Assembly: GCA_041649835.1 (NCBI GenBank)
Contig: JBAZML010000001.1
Coordinates: 38,722 to 102,721, forward strand
Source of the DNA: Candidatus Shapirobacteria bacterium
GTDB lineage: Bacteria > Patescibacteriota > Microgenomatia > UBA12405
Length of the DNA stretch: 64,000 nt
Direction of reading: 5' to 3'
The notes below the pieces were generated by a model. That model saw only the letters and a program-made list of their open reading frames with translations. It was not told the DNA's origin and did not search any database. The translations under genes were made by a program, and so were the position numbers. Below, piece by piece: positions 42,397-53,537 of the stretch (positions are counted from its first letter, which is position 1; each line of letters starts with the position of its first letter).

Positions 42397-42557
42397 ACTT
42401 GGCGAATTGAGTTGATTGTTTCTTCAAAGTTCTGAAGATTATCCTGTTTAAGTGATTCAAGTAATTCCACCACCAGATTCTCAAAATATGATTTGACAGC
42501 TGCAGACTGCTCCGGGGTTAATTTTTGTTCTTTAATTAGCTCTTCTATCGTTTGCAT
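42393..42557 (-). CDS. Small hypothetical protein
   Basis: MQTIEELIKE..., 54 aa helical. Confidence 0.55.
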   Translation of the reverse strand: MQTIEELIKEQKLTPEQSAAVKSYFENLVVELLESLKQDNLQNFEETINSIRQV

Positions 42558-42607
42558 AAGCACATTATATCGGATTACGGTAAAATATGGCAACCTACAC
42601 TTATCTA

Positions 42608-42678
42608 TTCCCCATCGTCTAATGGTAGGACACTACGCTCTGAACGTAGGAATTGTGGTTCGAATCCATGTGGGGAAA
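42608..42678 (+). tRNA. tRNA-Gln (CTG)
   Basis: TTCCCCA/TGGGGAA acceptor stem, anticodon arm CTACG-CT-CTG-AA-CGTAG, TTCGAAT T-loop; CCA not encoded; U1-A72 pair. Confidence 0.9.
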
Positions 42679-42753
42679 CATTTACGCTAATGTAGTGAGT
42701 TAGTTAAGGCAATAGTGTTATCTGGTCAGGTTCAAAATATTCTGCTGCTTATT

Positions 42754-42939
42754 TTATCTTGATATGGGAAGGGAAACATCGGGAAAAACACCAGATCTAT
42801 GGCAAGAATTACATTCAGCAGAAATGGGGACGCCGGTTTCACTCATTTCAGTGACTGTACCGGATATGCCGGCACAAGGTTCTCGGTTAAGTTTTGTGTG
42901 TTCAAGAATTACAACTGAAGTTTCTATTTTAGTTGACAT
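42754..42939 (-). CDS. Small hypothetical protein with CxxC
   Basis: 61 aa, H...C...CNSC; TATAAT upstream on the minus strand. Confidence 0.4.
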   Translation of the reverse strand: MSTKIETSVVILEHTKLNREPCAGISGTVTEMSETGVPISAECNSCHRSGVFPDVSLPISR

Positions 42940-43025
42940 AGGGTTTTTATTATACTACATGCGTAGTTTAAATAAAAGTCATTCCCCAACTTCAAGATTG
43001 AAATATATTTTAGAGATTTAGCTGT

Positions 43026-43760
43026 TCAATAGTATCGACCAATAAGGACTACCTTTTGGGAGTTTTCCTTCATTCTTTTCATAACCAATTCAAAAGATAC
43101 AGGTTCTTCATTTTCCTTCCAACAGTCGTAATCGGTAACCATGGCAATTGATTGATAGGGAATTTTTAACTCGTTGGCTAGTGAGACTTCAGGAACAGTT
43201 GACATATTAATCAAATCAGCCCCCCAATTTCGAAACATGGCCGATTCAGCTTTAGTCGAAAAACGAGGACCTTCTATCGTGATCATGGTTCCCCTTGAAT
43301 GAAAACCAAGTTTTAATTTTTCAGCTGATTTGATTAATTCTTTTCTTAAAATTAAATCAAAAGGCTCAGCCATCGGAGTATGAATCACTTCGTCTTCAAA
43401 AAAAGTTAATTTTCGCAGCTTGGTGAAATCAATAAATTGATCGATAAAAACCAAGTCACCTGGTTTCATTTCTTCTTTTAATGATCCACAGGCGGTGGTT
43501 GCCAAAATATGGGTACAACCAATTTCTTTCAAAGCCCAAATGTTAGCTCTAAATGGTATTTTGGTGGGAGAGATGCTATGTTGCTTGGCATGTCGGGCCA
43601 AAATCACTACCTCCTTGTCGTTGATTAAACCACCAAGCAAGGAATCAGAAGTTTTTCCATATGGAGTGTCTACATTTATGTCATTTGATTTTTTTAAAAT
43701 TTGAGGATTGTCTAAACCGCTACCACCTATAATTCCAATTTTTATTTTATTCTTGATCAT
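43026..43760 (-). CDS. mtnP: S-methyl-5'-thioadenosine phosphorylase (last helix apparently frameshifted)
   Basis: [42 protein letters not shown]. Confidence 0.93.
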   Translation of the reverse strand: MIKNKIKIGIIGGSGLDNPQILKKSNDINVDTPYGKTSDSLLGGLINDKEVVILARHAKQHSISPTKIPFRANIWALKEIGCTHILATTACGSLKEEMKPGDLVFIDQFIDFTKLRKLTFFEDEVIHTPMAEPFDLILRKELIKSAEKLKLGFHSRGTMITIEGPRFSTKAESAMFRNWGADLINMSTVPEVSLANELKIPYQSIAMVTDYDCWKENEEPVSFELVMKRMKENSQKVVLIGRYY

Positions 43761-44268
43761 AGCTTACTAAATAATTTAATTTATATGACTTCAATTTTTG
43801 ACTACCTCCTAAAAATGGTAAGTCGACAATAAAGCTCATTCCGACAATTTCCCCACCCAGCCTTTCAACTAGCTTGGCAGCTGCCATGACAGTTCCCCCG
43901 GTGGCGAGTAGATCATCAACAATCAAAACCTTTTCTCCTTTCTTTATAGCATCCTTGTGAATGGTCAAAACATCCAATCCATACTCCTTTTGATAACTCT
44001 CTTCAATCGTTTCATAAGGTAATTTGCCCTTTTTCCTAACCAATGAAAGACCACAACCAATATTATAAGCAATAGTGCTTGCCAAAATAAAACCACGGGC
44101 ATCGATAGCCACTACCTTATCAACACCCTTTTTTAAAAATGGTTTTGACATCTCGTCAATTGTGTATTTAAGTAATTTTTTATCCTGCAATAGGGTAGTG
44201 ATATCTTTAAAATTTACTCCTACTACCGGCCAATTTGGTACTTCTCTAATAAAAGGTTTGATGTCCAC
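43747..44268 (-). CDS. apt: Adenine phosphoribosyltransferase
   Basis: [31 protein letters not shown]. Confidence 0.96.
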   Translation of the reverse strand: MDIKPFIREVPNWPVVGVNFKDITTLLQDKKLLKYTIDEMSKPFLKKGVDKVVAIDARGFILASTIAYNIGCGLSLVRKKGKLPYETIEESYQKEYGLDVLTIHKDAIKKGEKVLIVDDLLATGGTVMAAAKLVERLGGEIVGMSFIVDLPFLGGSQKLKSYKLNYLVSYDQE

Positions 44269-44307
44269 TTATTAAAAACAAACAATAATCAACAAAATAA
44301 TATTACC

Positions 44308-47300
44308 TTATTTTTTCTTTCTAATCGCACTGAAAAGATAAAACACAAAACCAATTCCGGAGATAACAATTGAAAATATGACAAAAAAGATACTGGAACT
44401 ACCACCAATTGAAAGACTTGATAAAGGGGAAAAACCATCACCAGAAGATTCAAGATTGGAACCCATCATCAAACTTGAAGATTTGTTTAATGAGGACGAG
44501 GGTGAGAGAATCATGTTGCCAAAAATGGGGGAACGTTGATTATTTTCAACTGGAGAACTATCCTGATAACGATCATAACTATTAATGTTGTCATTGAGTC
44601 TGTCGAATTGCTGTTCGTTAACTAAGGCAATTAATGATGAATAAGGACTAACAATATTAGACTTCTCAGAAATAGAATTGAGCTCATCCATAATGGTAAT
44701 GTCACCGACAATTTCCCGATTTTGATTTTGGGCAAATTTAATTTGAAGACCTTTGTTGGCAATATTAGCAAAGTTGGATGGGGGTGAAAAAACTGAATCG
44801 GGAAGAAAGCTTAGTAAATTGCTGTATTGTAAGCTCCAAAACTTATTTATAGTGACTGTCCCCTCTCCGTATTTTTCTTTAGATATTTTGGTTAACAAAA
44901 ATGATTGTATAGCCTCGGTAAATGACAGAGCTGATCCACCACCGCTTTGCCAAGTTCCGCTAGTCATTTCCAAATTTAAAGGTGGAATTTTAGTTTCACC
45001 TATCCAATAGACGGTCGTCGGTAAAGAAAAAGGAAAATTCGAAAGCTGATTAAAAGAAATATTTTGACCAGTAATAATTAGAACTAAATCATATTTTTCG
45101 GTTATATTTCCCAATTTTGAAAAATCAGCAACTTTTGAAAAATAAACTGGTTTTAATTGTTCTTGATAGTTATTTGAATTCAGACGAACAGAGTGACTGA
45201 GAAGGTTGTTGAGTTTATAAAAATCTACGATTGAATTGTCCAGCCAATCAGACCCACCATTATTTATGATTTGGTTTAATTCTGACAATATATTGTTGTC
45301 CTTATTGTTAAATGAAGTATCGTAAATAATTGCCGTTCGATAATTTTTTAAAAGCGGCAAAAAAGTATTAATCTTTTGACAGGCAATATTTTTCAACTGA
45401 TCATCGTTGGCGTGATAAATCAACTTCACCTGATTGCTTAAACCTTGGAAATTAGTTGAATCAGATTGGGGTTGACATAAATCTAATTGAATATTTCTGG
45501 CAATATCAATTTTTGTTTCGGTCTCTTTTAAGGGAGCTATCTTACCATTGTTTTCCAGAGTAAAGGTACTTGAAGCATCGCTAAAAACATTCAACTTTTT
45601 GGAATATAGAGGTAGAGCAAAAGTTCCATTATTTTGAGCAATTACATAGCTGAAAGAAACTTTTTGTCGTTTTCCTTTTAAAGTGGAATTGTCATTTTTG
45701 GCAGGTATTGGAAAAATTCTTAGCCGATATTGGTTGGGTCCAGTTTGTTCTAATAGAGCTGGATCCCGTCTCTGTAACAATTCTCTTTCGTATGTTTTTT
45801 GGGCAGCACCTTTGGGAGCGATTATGCCAGGAAATTCAAGATTTGGTCCTAATTTAAGGTTATAAATAGTAGCTTCCGAAGGTAAATTAAACTCATAAAC
45901 TACTTCCTTTTGACTATATGTTTTATTTTCAAATTCTTCTTCAATGGTAACTGAAGCTAATAAACCATTATCATCCGGATTTATTTTAATGTGTCTAAAA
46001 GTAAGGAGAACATCTTTGTTACCGTTGTCGTTAGATTTTAAATTTTCTTTTTGATAATAGGGATAACCAAAAACATAGGTGAAATTTTGGGACAAAGTAT
46101 CCTGACCAGTTGAACCTTCCCGATAAACTAGGGGGTAAGCAACTTGAATAAAGACACTTTGCATGACACTCCCCAAGATTTTGTTATCAAAAGCCTGTTG
46201 ATACATTTCCTCGATACTGTCATCGTCTTCAGAAAATGGATAATAACTTCGTGAATCTAGTTTTTGGGTGACAAGATTTTTTAATTTACTCTCCTGATTG
46301 GTAAGAGAGGTGGCGGCTTTTTCCTGAATTTGGTAGTCAACCTCCTTGGTGGGAAAGTTGGCCAATTCTGATAATAAATGATTGTCGGGCCATCTAAAGA
46401 TACTTAAAGCAATTAAAAATATAATTAGTGACCAACTTATAAGGCTGTATCTGTCGAAACCTCTATCACCCAGAGTTTCCAGCAATAAAATTCGATTTTT
46501 ACCTAAAGATCTCCAGAGGGAAATAGTAAGGAAATAAGGAATCGAAAGTAGAACTAACACCAATGTGATGAGTAAAAATCCCCAACCAAGTGAAAAGAAT
46601 ACACCAGAATAATCAGTATAGTTACCATACGATTGATATCCAAAAGGGCGTGAAACATTATCAAAAACAAATTTGACGATAGTAACGATAATCGGTAAAA
46701 CAAAAAAAGATAAAAGAAAAGTATAATAAGTTGAAAAAACAGCCGCCATTTGTCCAAAAAATATAATAATCTTCCGTGAAAGGACGTTTATATTAATATT
46801 GCTAATATTTAGATAAAGTAAAAACGGAATGGTTAACAAAACCATGAGAGTCAATGAAATAAAAAGACTGGTCTGTCCAATTAAGCTGAGTGAAATATAA
46901 GCGAATAAGGCTAGAGGAACTTCAAAAAGAAAAAATAACTGCATTAAAGCAGAGCTGCTCCGTTGAAGACCCCGACGAATGGCAAATAAGATAGAAACAA
47001 CTGGCAATAAAAAAAGACAAACAAAAAGTATGGTTCTGGCAATCCCTAAATCTTTTAGAGATGAAAAAAACTTTTGACCATGAAGATAGGAAATGGCAAC
47101 AGAGATGTTGAATAGAAAAAAATAGATGTTATAACCCCAAAAAAATATTTTTGGAAAGATGCCACCAAAACGAGATTTCCTGGGGAGAGTCGATACTGGT
47201 GGTGAATTGGTTAGTCTGTCTATAACAATTTGTCGGGCAATTTGATTGGCCTCCAAAGAAAATTCTTCAGGAGTAATATCGTCTTTTCCGGAAAATATTC

Positions 47301-47472
47301 TAATTAATCCAGTTGATTCGTCAATTAATACGGCAATTCCAATAGGAGAATTTGGGTATTTTTTTCGATATTCAGTAAATATCGTCTGTTGAATTTCGGC
47401 TATTAATTCGGAGTGGGACACTCCTTGAGCGATTGCTAAATCACTAAGTTTTGCAAATTCACTTTTAATCAC
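44308..47472 (-). CDS. Large integral membrane protein: NusA-NTD-like N-terminus, ~8 TM, VIT domain, C-terminal TM (TIGR02921-like)
   Basis: GTG start MIKSEF; IFFWGYN, LFFLFEVPL, VIT-like EEEFEN..KEVVYEFNLP...APKGAAQKTY...DPALLEQ.GP.QYRLRIFPIP, IVSPYSSLIALVN. Confidence 0.75.
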   Translation of the reverse strand: MIKSEFAKLSDLAIAQGVSHSELIAEIQQTIFTEYRKKYPNSPIGIAVLIDESTGLIRIFSGKDDITPEEFSLEANQIARQIVIDRLTNSPPVSTLPRKSRFGGIFPKIFFWGYNIYFFLFNISVAISYLHGQKFFSSLKDLGIARTILFVCLFLLPVVSILFAIRRGLQRSSSALMQLFFLFEVPLALFAYISLSLIGQTSLFISLTLMVLLTIPFLLYLNISNININVLSRKIIIFFGQMAAVFSTYYTFLLSFFVLPIIVTIVKFVFDNVSRPFGYQSYGNYTDYSGVFFSLGWGFLLITLVLVLLSIPYFLTISLWRSLGKNRILLLETLGDRGFDRYSLISWSLIIFLIALSIFRWPDNHLLSELANFPTKEVDYQIQEKAATSLTNQESKLKNLVTQKLDSRSYYPFSEDDDSIEEMYQQAFDNKILGSVMQSVFIQVAYPLVYREGSTGQDTLSQNFTYVFGYPYYQKENLKSNDNGNKDVLLTFRHIKINPDDNGLLASVTIEEEFENKTYSQKEVVYEFNLPSEATIYNLKLGPNLEFPGIIAPKGAAQKTYERELLQRRDPALLEQTGPNQYRLRIFPIPAKNDNSTLKGKRQKVSFSYVIAQNNGTFALPLYSKKLNVFSDASSTFTLENNGKIAPLKETETKIDIARNIQLDLCQPQSDSTNFQGLSNQVKLIYHANDDQLKNIACQKINTFLPLLKNYRTAIIYDTSFNNKDNNILSELNQIINNGGSDWLDNSIVDFYKLNNLLSHSVRLNSNNYQEQLKPVYFSKVADFSKLGNITEKYDLVLIITGQNISFNQLSNFPFSLPTTVYWIGETKIPPLNLEMTSGTWQSGGGSALSFTEAIQSFLLTKISKEKYGEGTVTINKFWSLQYSNLLSFLPDSVFSPPSNFANIANKGLQIKFAQNQNREIVGDITIMDELNSISEKSNIVSPYSSLIALVNEQQFDRLNDNINSYDRYQDSSPVENNQRSPIFGNMILSPSSSLNKSSSLMMGSNLESSGDGFSPLSSLSIGGSSSIFFVIFSIVISGIGFVFYLFSAIRKKK

Positions 47473-47598
47473 TATTAATAATTTACTCAAATTGTTATAA
47501 AAATGCAATCAATTGTATTTTGGAATACAAAATTACCCACAAAACTAAACAAATTTGAATTACTTGAAAATGATTATATAAATGTATAATCGAATTAA

Positions 47599-48249
47599 AT
47601 GAAAAGGCCTCATTTTTCCATTAAGGAAGTAAAAAAAATCATTGGTAAGGAACAGCCAAAACTTGTTTTTATTGCCGGAAAGACTTGTGTTGGAAAATCT
47701 ACCTTTGCCCGAGATTTAAAAATATGGGAATATGAACATTTAGAATTAGATTTGGTGGTTAGAGAAAGTGTCATAAAAAGATTTGGGGTATTAAACCCTA
47801 ATGAGGCTTTTTTAGTATATAAGGGTATTGCACCAGAAAATTGGCAAAAATCATTTGAGAAAGCGACTCATAAATTAATTGAAGAACGTTTAAAATTTTC
47901 CAAGGTTGTGGTTGACGCCGCTTTGGCTGATGTAGGTGTTTTGAAAAGAGTTTTTTCTAAAAAGCTTGATAATTTTTTTTGTGTCTATATACACCCTTTT
48001 AGCCGTGATTTTTATTATAAAAATATTTTTAACAGATTTGTTAATGATGCAAAAAATAATACGAGATCCTTTCCAATTTGGGACTATGTTACACCAGAAG
48101 TTTTTGATGATTATCAAATTAACGGCAATCAGGGATTAATGATTAATCAAGTTGTGTACCAATACGCAGACGAAAGTACTAAGCTATCAAAAGAACGTTT
48201 TGAACTATTTGAAAAAGCATACCCCAAGATTATATTGACCGGAAATTAA
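47599..48249 (+). CDS. P-loop NTPase/kinase-like hypothetical protein
   Basis: AGKTCVGKST Walker A, VVVDA. Confidence 0.7.
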   Translation: MKRPHFSIKEVKKIIGKEQPKLVFIAGKTCVGKSTFARDLKIWEYEHLELDLVVRESVIKRFGVLNPNEAFLVYKGIAPENWQKSFEKATHKLIEERLKFSKVVVDAALADVGVLKRVFSKKLDNFFCVYIHPFSRDFYYKNIFNRFVNDAKNNTRSFPIWDYVTPEVFDDYQINGNQGLMINQVVYQYADESTKLSKERFELFEKAYPKIILTGN

Positions 48250-48261
48250 CCTTGCTTAAGA

Positions 48262-49281
48262 CTACCCTGTAAGTCGGGACAGATACGGAATTTTTGAAAC
48301 CAAGAAAGCTAGTAAATATGATGGAATAATGACTAAAATAAATGGAATTAAAAAATAAACAAGAGTGGAGGTCGGTAATAGTTTCCAAATAATTTCAATA
48401 AAAACGATATGGACAAAAAAAACAAAAAATGAATAGGAGGCAATAGTTTTTATCAAATTTAGATTTGTTTTAACTTTATCAAATAAATAGAAGAATAAAC
48501 TCCCTATATACAGTGTATAAATGAATCCCATTGGCCGCCAATTTGAATAAAAAGTTAAATAGTTTTTGGTCAGGCGATATAATATCCAAGCTTCGGCAGT
48601 TATCAAAATTGAAATAATAACCGTGGTAATTGTCAGACTAATTAAATGTTTTTTGACATAATCACGAATCTCCTGTTGATAGTGACTAGCTATAACTCCC
48701 AGAATAAAGGTATCCAAATTTAAAATAAAAACACCTATGGGTTGAGGTAAATTTAAGGGCTTAAAATAATAATCGTTGGCAAGCAAAACAATCTGAATTA
48801 ATCCAAAAAATAAGATGCTTTGTTTTTTGACAAAAAAATAATAATAACGATGAACAAGCGGGAAAAACAAATATAAAAGAAACAGAGAAGGAATAAAATA
48901 TAACTGATAAGAAGCACCTCCCGAAACCAACGATTTAAGAAAGTTCCCATTATAATTTGGATAAACAAGATATTGATAGATTGCACTCCAGAATATATAG
49001 GGCAATAATATTTTTGAAAAACGTTTTTTGATATAGGAAATAAAGCTTAAATTTGGTGGAGAGCTTAGTTCTAAAACAAAGGCTGAAATAAAGAAAAATA
49101 AAGGAACGGTAAAACGAGTGGCTTGGTTTATGTACAGAGTAAAAAAATTATTTGAAAAATCATATTTGACGAGTTCTAAAGTTTTTGTAGAAATATGAAT
49201 TAAGACAACAGAGATAATAGAAACAATTCTCAAAAGATCGATAGCATAATTGTATTTATCTACTTTGTCTATCTCTGACAT
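48262..49281 (-). CDS. Acyltransferase-3 family membrane O-acyltransferase
   Basis: IDLLR...VVLIH, RF.VPLFF.IS, KKRF.KI..PY..W, YQLYF. Confidence 0.9.
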   Translation of the reverse strand: MSEIDKVDKYNYAIDLLRIVSIISVVLIHISTKTLELVKYDFSNNFFTLYINQATRFTVPLFFFISAFVLELSSPPNLSFISYIKKRFSKILLPYIFWSAIYQYLVYPNYNGNFLKSLVSGGASYQLYFIPSLFLLYLFFPLVHRYYYFFVKKQSILFFGLIQIVLLANDYYFKPLNLPQPIGVFILNLDTFILGVIASHYQQEIRDYVKKHLISLTITTVIISILITAEAWILYRLTKNYLTFYSNWRPMGFIYTLYIGSLFFYLFDKVKTNLNLIKTIASYSFFVFFVHIVFIEIIWKLLPTSTLVYFLIPFILVIIPSYLLAFLVSKIPYLSRLTG

Positions 49282-49315
49282 AGAAGAGTTTAACAGGAAG
49301 ATAAGAAAAATTGAT

Positions 49316-50404
49316 ATGATTAATTGGGTGATAAAAACAGAAAGAAAAACAAAAATTGTGGCGACAGTTGGACCTGCCAGTCAATCTGAAAATATAATTC
49401 TATCTTTAATAGATGCCGGGGTAAATGTTTTTCGTTTAAATACAAAATACAGTGATCTCAAATGGCATGAAGATAAAGTTAACCTAATCCACAAACTTGG
49501 AAAAAATCAAATTCCTGTCTTACTTGATATTCCCAGAAGCGATTTTGAAATAGTGGATAATGCAGATGTGTTAGCTTTATCTTACGTCAAAAATGCTGAA
49601 GAAATAATCAAACTGAGAGAAAGGTTGAAAAAAAGAGGTAAAACAATTCCAATTATTGCTAAAATTGAAAATTCATCAGCCGTCAATAATTTGAAGGAAA
49701 TTGTTACTGTCGCAGATGGAATTATGGTGGCCCGAGGTGATTTGGGACGAAATGTTCCGATTGAAAAATTGGCAGTCATTCAGGAAATTATTATCGATGA
49801 ATCAAGAAGGCAAAATAAACCGGTAATTGTGGCTACGGAAATGTTGTTATCAATGACTTATAGTGAACTTCCGACCAGAGCTGAAGCTTCTGATGTCGCC
49901 CACGCGGTATTCGACGGTGCTGATGCCCTGATGTTGTCAGAGGAAACTGCAATTGGTAAATATCCGGAATTATCGGTAAAAACAATGGCTAAAATTTTGA
50001 AATATAGTGAGGAAAATGGGACTATTAAAAATATTTTAAGTAAAAATTCCACTTTTTCGGACCATTTAATCGAAGCAGCTGAAAAGGTTGCATCTCAAAG
50101 TGATGGAATTATTGTATTCACTAAATCCGGAAATTCTGCCAGAAGACTTAATAACTATCGTTTAAAACAAAATATCATTGCCGTAACTGATGAAATAATT
50201 ACTGCAAATTTGCTTAAATTTTCTTTTGGCATTATTCCTTATTTTAAAAAATTTGAAAAGTTAAATTACAGTATAGAAAATGTAATTTTTGAAGATTTGT
50301 TGAACGTCGGACTAATTAAGAAAGGACAAAAACTCCTAATAGTCCATGGAAATAACTGGATGCAAAGCGGATCAATAAATAATCTGAGCTTAATGAAAAT
50401 TTAG
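49316..50404 (+). CDS. pyk: Pyruvate kinase lacking the B (lid) domain
   Basis: [53 protein letters not shown]. Confidence 0.9.
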   Translation: MINWVIKTERKTKIVATVGPASQSENIILSLIDAGVNVFRLNTKYSDLKWHEDKVNLIHKLGKNQIPVLLDIPRSDFEIVDNADVLALSYVKNAEEIIKLRERLKKRGKTIPIIAKIENSSAVNNLKEIVTVADGIMVARGDLGRNVPIEKLAVIQEIIIDESRRQNKPVIVATEMLLSMTYSELPTRAEASDVAHAVFDGADALMLSEETAIGKYPELSVKTMAKILKYSEENGTIKNILSKNSTFSDHLIEAAEKVASQSDGIIVFTKSGNSARRLNNYRLKQNIIAVTDEIITANLLKFSFGIIPYFKKFEKLNYSIENVIFEDLLNVGLIKKGQKLLIVHGNNWMQSGSINNLSLMKI

Positions 50405-50847
50405 TTTTTATAAAGAGACTTGATTTGGAAAAGAATCCAAAAAGAAATGGCGCCACCAATAATTATTGAACCAAGATTCAAACTTAAAACCGAGCTAAGA
50501 AAGCTGATTAATGAAGCATAAAACATATATTTCCAGGCTTGCTTAGTTTTTTTGAAAAGACCAGGAATGGCTAAAACTTCGAAAACTAAAGCGGCCAATG
50601 AAATAATTCCAATCAAGGAAAATGAGAATCCCGGCCGGACACCACTCATATAGGCGAATGGCATGGCAACAGTAGTTAATCCAAAAGCTAGCAACAAGGC
50701 CGGTAGCGAAAAGACGAGAACGGCAATAGTAAGATATGGACTATATTTGACAATAAGTTCCTTTATATTTTCTGGCATAACGGGGGCTTTTTTACCAAAA
50801 TAATAGTCTAACTTATCCTCAATTTGACCTAAATAATTATTATTCAT
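50401..50847 (-). CDS. Hypothetical membrane protein
   Basis: Four hydrophobic segments. Confidence 0.8.
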   Translation of the reverse strand: MNNNYLGQIEDKLDYYFGKKAPVMPENIKELIVKYSPYLTIAVLVFSLPALLLAFGLTTVAMPFAYMSGVRPGFSFSLIGIISLAALVFEVLAIPGLFKKTKQAWKYMFYASLISFLSSVLSLNLGSIIIGGAISFWILFQIKSLYKN

Positions 50848-50862
50848 TAACAGTATTTAAGC

Positions 50863-51594
50863 TTATATATTTGTTTCTGTCAATTTGGAGATTTCTGCAG
50901 CTTCATTACTGACCCGAAGTAGAGATTCAAAAGTACCAGCATCTTCCCAAGTTCCAGTAAATGTATTGACTTTTAATTCTCCTAAACCAAGATAATGTTT
51001 GTGTAAATCAACAATCTCGAATTCCCCACGAGCTGATGGTTTTAAATTTCTAGCAACTTGACAGACACGAGAATCAAAAGTATATAGACCGACAATAGCA
51101 TAATCGCTTTTGGGATTTACTGGTTTTTCTTCAATGCTTAGGACATTTTTCTTCGGGCCAAATTCTACTACTCCATATCGCTGGGGATCTTCAACTTTTT
51201 TGGCAAAAATCATACCACCTTTTTTGAATGACTTAATATCTTCCGAAAAGTTTTGTCCTAAAAATATGTTATCACCTAGAATCATCGTAACATTGTCACC
51301 ATCAATAAATTTTTCACCCAAAACAAAGGCTTCGGGAAGACCCCGGGGTTCTTTTTGAACAATATAACTAAAGTGAACACCAAATTCAGAACCGTCACCT
51401 AATAAATTTAAAAATTGTCCGGAATAATCGGGAGCGATAATTATCAAAATGTCCTTTATGCCGGCATCAATTAAGGTCTGCAAGGGATAATAAATCATCG
51501 GTTTGTTATAAACCGGAAGAAGTTGTTTACTGGTTACTAAAGTTAATGGTCTTAAACGAGTGGCTCGGCCGCCAGCTAAAATAATTCCTTTCAT
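50863..51594 (-). CDS. rmlA: Sugar-1-phosphate nucleotidyltransferase (RmlA-like, short)
   Basis: GIILAGG.ATRL.P, SKQLLPVYNKPMIYYPL, LGDN, EEKP, SARGE.EI. Confidence 0.9.
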   Translation of the reverse strand: MKGIILAGGRATRLRPLTLVTSKQLLPVYNKPMIYYPLQTLIDAGIKDILIIIAPDYSGQFLNLLGDGSEFGVHFSYIVQKEPRGLPEAFVLGEKFIDGDNVTMILGDNIFLGQNFSEDIKSFKKGGMIFAKKVEDPQRYGVVEFGPKKNVLSIEEKPVNPKSDYAIVGLYTFDSRVCQVARNLKPSARGEFEIVDLHKHYLGLGELKVNTFTGTWEDAGTFESLLRVSNEAAEISKLTETNI

Positions 51595-51624
51595 ATTTTG
51601 ATTATTTTTATAAAAAATTAATAA

Positions 51625-52827
51625 CTATTTGGCTTTTTTCCAAATGATTTTATTGTAGACAAACCAATTTAAGGGAATGGTTAGACCGAATATGGCAATA
51701 ACCTGAAATATAAAAAGATGATCTCCAAAAAGCGAAGTCAGAATTCCAATAACAACGGAAGGAATGAGCACACCAGTAATCAGTGATGACAGATTAAAGG
51801 TAATAAATTTGGAAATAATCTGAGAAGATTTGGTAATTTTATCCGAAGAAAATGTCCAAATGTTGTTCCAAGTAAAGTTGGAAATAATTGCTAGCTCGGC
51901 GGCCATGGCATTGCAGACAGCATTGAGAATACTAAGATTTGATTCCGGAGTGATAAAGGCAGCTTTAAATAATTTTGCACCGACAGTATTAACCACAAAA
52001 CCAAAGCCTCCAACAACACCAAATTTAAGAAATTTTTGGGTAAATTCATCAAACCAACGAAGCTTTATAGCAACAATTAAAATGTCCTTAGCTGTTTTTG
52101 ATTCAATCTTTGACTCGCCAGCGTTTCTAACGTGAAATTCGAGAGGTACCTCCTTGAATTTGGCACCCATTTTTAATGTTTCAAAAAGGAGTTGAAGCTT
52201 GTAACCAAAACTTTTGGTTAATAAATGATTTTTGTAATCAAGATTCATTTTATCAATGAAACCTTTGACTCTGGTTACTTTTAGACCGGTGGTGGGATCG
52301 GTAACATTGAAAAAATTTTTAAAAGGAAAAAACATAATGAAGCGGGCAGTAAATCCGCCAAATTCCGAGAAAAAAACTCTTTTAAAACCCCAACCTTTTG
52401 GATTGCTTCCACCTTTAATTTTACGAGAACCAATGACATAATCATAACCCTCGTCCATGGCGTCAAGCATTATGGGAATTGTCTCTGGGGGATGTTGAAA
52501 ATCACCATCAAATTCAAAAACATAATCGGCACCCAAATTCTCCATGGCGTATTTGAAACCTTTTAAGTAAGCAGCACCAATCCCATCTTTACTGGTTTCA
52601 GTGTACAAAGTTGTATTCGAATATTTGTGAGATTTCTCTGTAACAACTTTTCCAGTACCATCAGGAGAATTTCCATCAACTACCAAGATTTTCATATCCC
52701 ATTTTTGGGGCAGAGAGGGGAAAGTTTTTGTATTGAGATACTCAATCATTTTGCCGATGTTATCGGCTTCGTTGTATGTTGGAATTACTACGACAGCGGT
52801 TTCAGAGGCCTTTTTGAGAGTCGACAT
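51625..52827 (-). CDS. Polyprenol-phosphate glycosyltransferase (GT2, DPM-synthase-like) fused to a GtrA-like flippase domain
   Basis: IPTYNE, DGNSPDGT, DGDFQH, R.AGESK; C-terminal KFGVVG..NF.WN..WTF GtrA pattern. Confidence 0.9.
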   Translation of the reverse strand: MSTLKKASETAVVVIPTYNEADNIGKMIEYLNTKTFPSLPQKWDMKILVVDGNSPDGTGKVVTEKSHKYSNTTLYTETSKDGIGAAYLKGFKYAMENLGADYVFEFDGDFQHPPETIPIMLDAMDEGYDYVIGSRKIKGGSNPKGWGFKRVFFSEFGGFTARFIMFFPFKNFFNVTDPTTGLKVTRVKGFIDKMNLDYKNHLLTKSFGYKLQLLFETLKMGAKFKEVPLEFHVRNAGESKIESKTAKDILIVAIKLRWFDEFTQKFLKFGVVGGFGFVVNTVGAKLFKAAFITPESNLSILNAVCNAMAAELAIISNFTWNNIWTFSSDKITKSSQIISKFITFNLSSLITGVLIPSVVIGILTSLFGDHLFIFQVIAIFGLTIPLNWFVYNKIIWKKAK

Positions 52828-52859
52828 AGATTTATCTTAACACAATGTTAAAATAGAGT

Positions 52860-53537
52860 ATGAAATTCGATATTATTACCTTATTTCCCGAAATGTTTGA
52901 GGGTGTATTTAATAAAAGTATTATCGGCAGAGCCAAGGAAAAGGACTTGGTCGAGATTAATTTACATCAAATGAGACAATGGGCGTGGAATTCGTATGGA
53001 GCAGTCGATGATAAACCATATGGAGGTGATGTCGGAATGCTGATAAGAGTGGACGTAATTGATAAAGCTATAAAAGAGATTCTAGAAACCAGAAACGAAA
53101 AAACAGAAAAAAAACCGAGAATTATTTTAACCTCAGCTAGAGGAAAAAAATTTGAACAACAAGATGCAGAAAGATTGAGTAAAGAAGAAAATATAATTAT
53201 AATTTGCGGTCACTATGAGGGTTTTGATGAAAGAATATCCGCTCTTGTTGATGAAGAAATATCAATTGGTGATTATGTGCTAACGGGTGGAGAAATTCCG
53301 GCAATGGTTATCACTGATGCAACTGCCAGACTAATACCCGGAGTTTTGGGGAAAGATGAATCTAGTCAGATAGAAAGTTTTTCCGGGCCTAATCGTCATA
53401 TCGAATTTCCTCAATATACCAGACCAGCTGAATATAATGGACAAAAAGTTCCGGAAGTATTATTGTCAGGCGATCCAAAGAAAATTAAAGAATGGCAGAA
53501 CAAACAGATTAAACAAGGATCGTTAGAGCAACAATGA
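52860..53537 (+). CDS. trmD: tRNA (guanine37-N1)-methyltransferase
   Basis: ITLFPE, DDKPYGG, CGHYEG.DER, SIGDYVLTGGE, PQYTRP. Confidence 0.97.
   Translation: MKFDIITLFPEMFEGVFNKSIIGRAKEKDLVEINLHQMRQWAWNSYGAVDDKPYGGDVGMLIRVDVIDKAIKEILETRNEKTEKKPRIILTSARGKKFEQQDAERLSKEENIIIICGHYEGFDERISALVDEEISIGDYVLTGGEIPAMVITDATARLIPGVLGKDESSQIESFSGPNRHIEFPQYTRPAEYNGQKVPEVLLSGDPKKIKEWQNKQIKQGSLEQQ

Noticed and set aside
53083-53112. A-rich heptamer-like repeat inside trmD (LETRNEKTEKK)
   Set aside because: Short, degenerate, in-frame and in a variable loop; weak evidence of function
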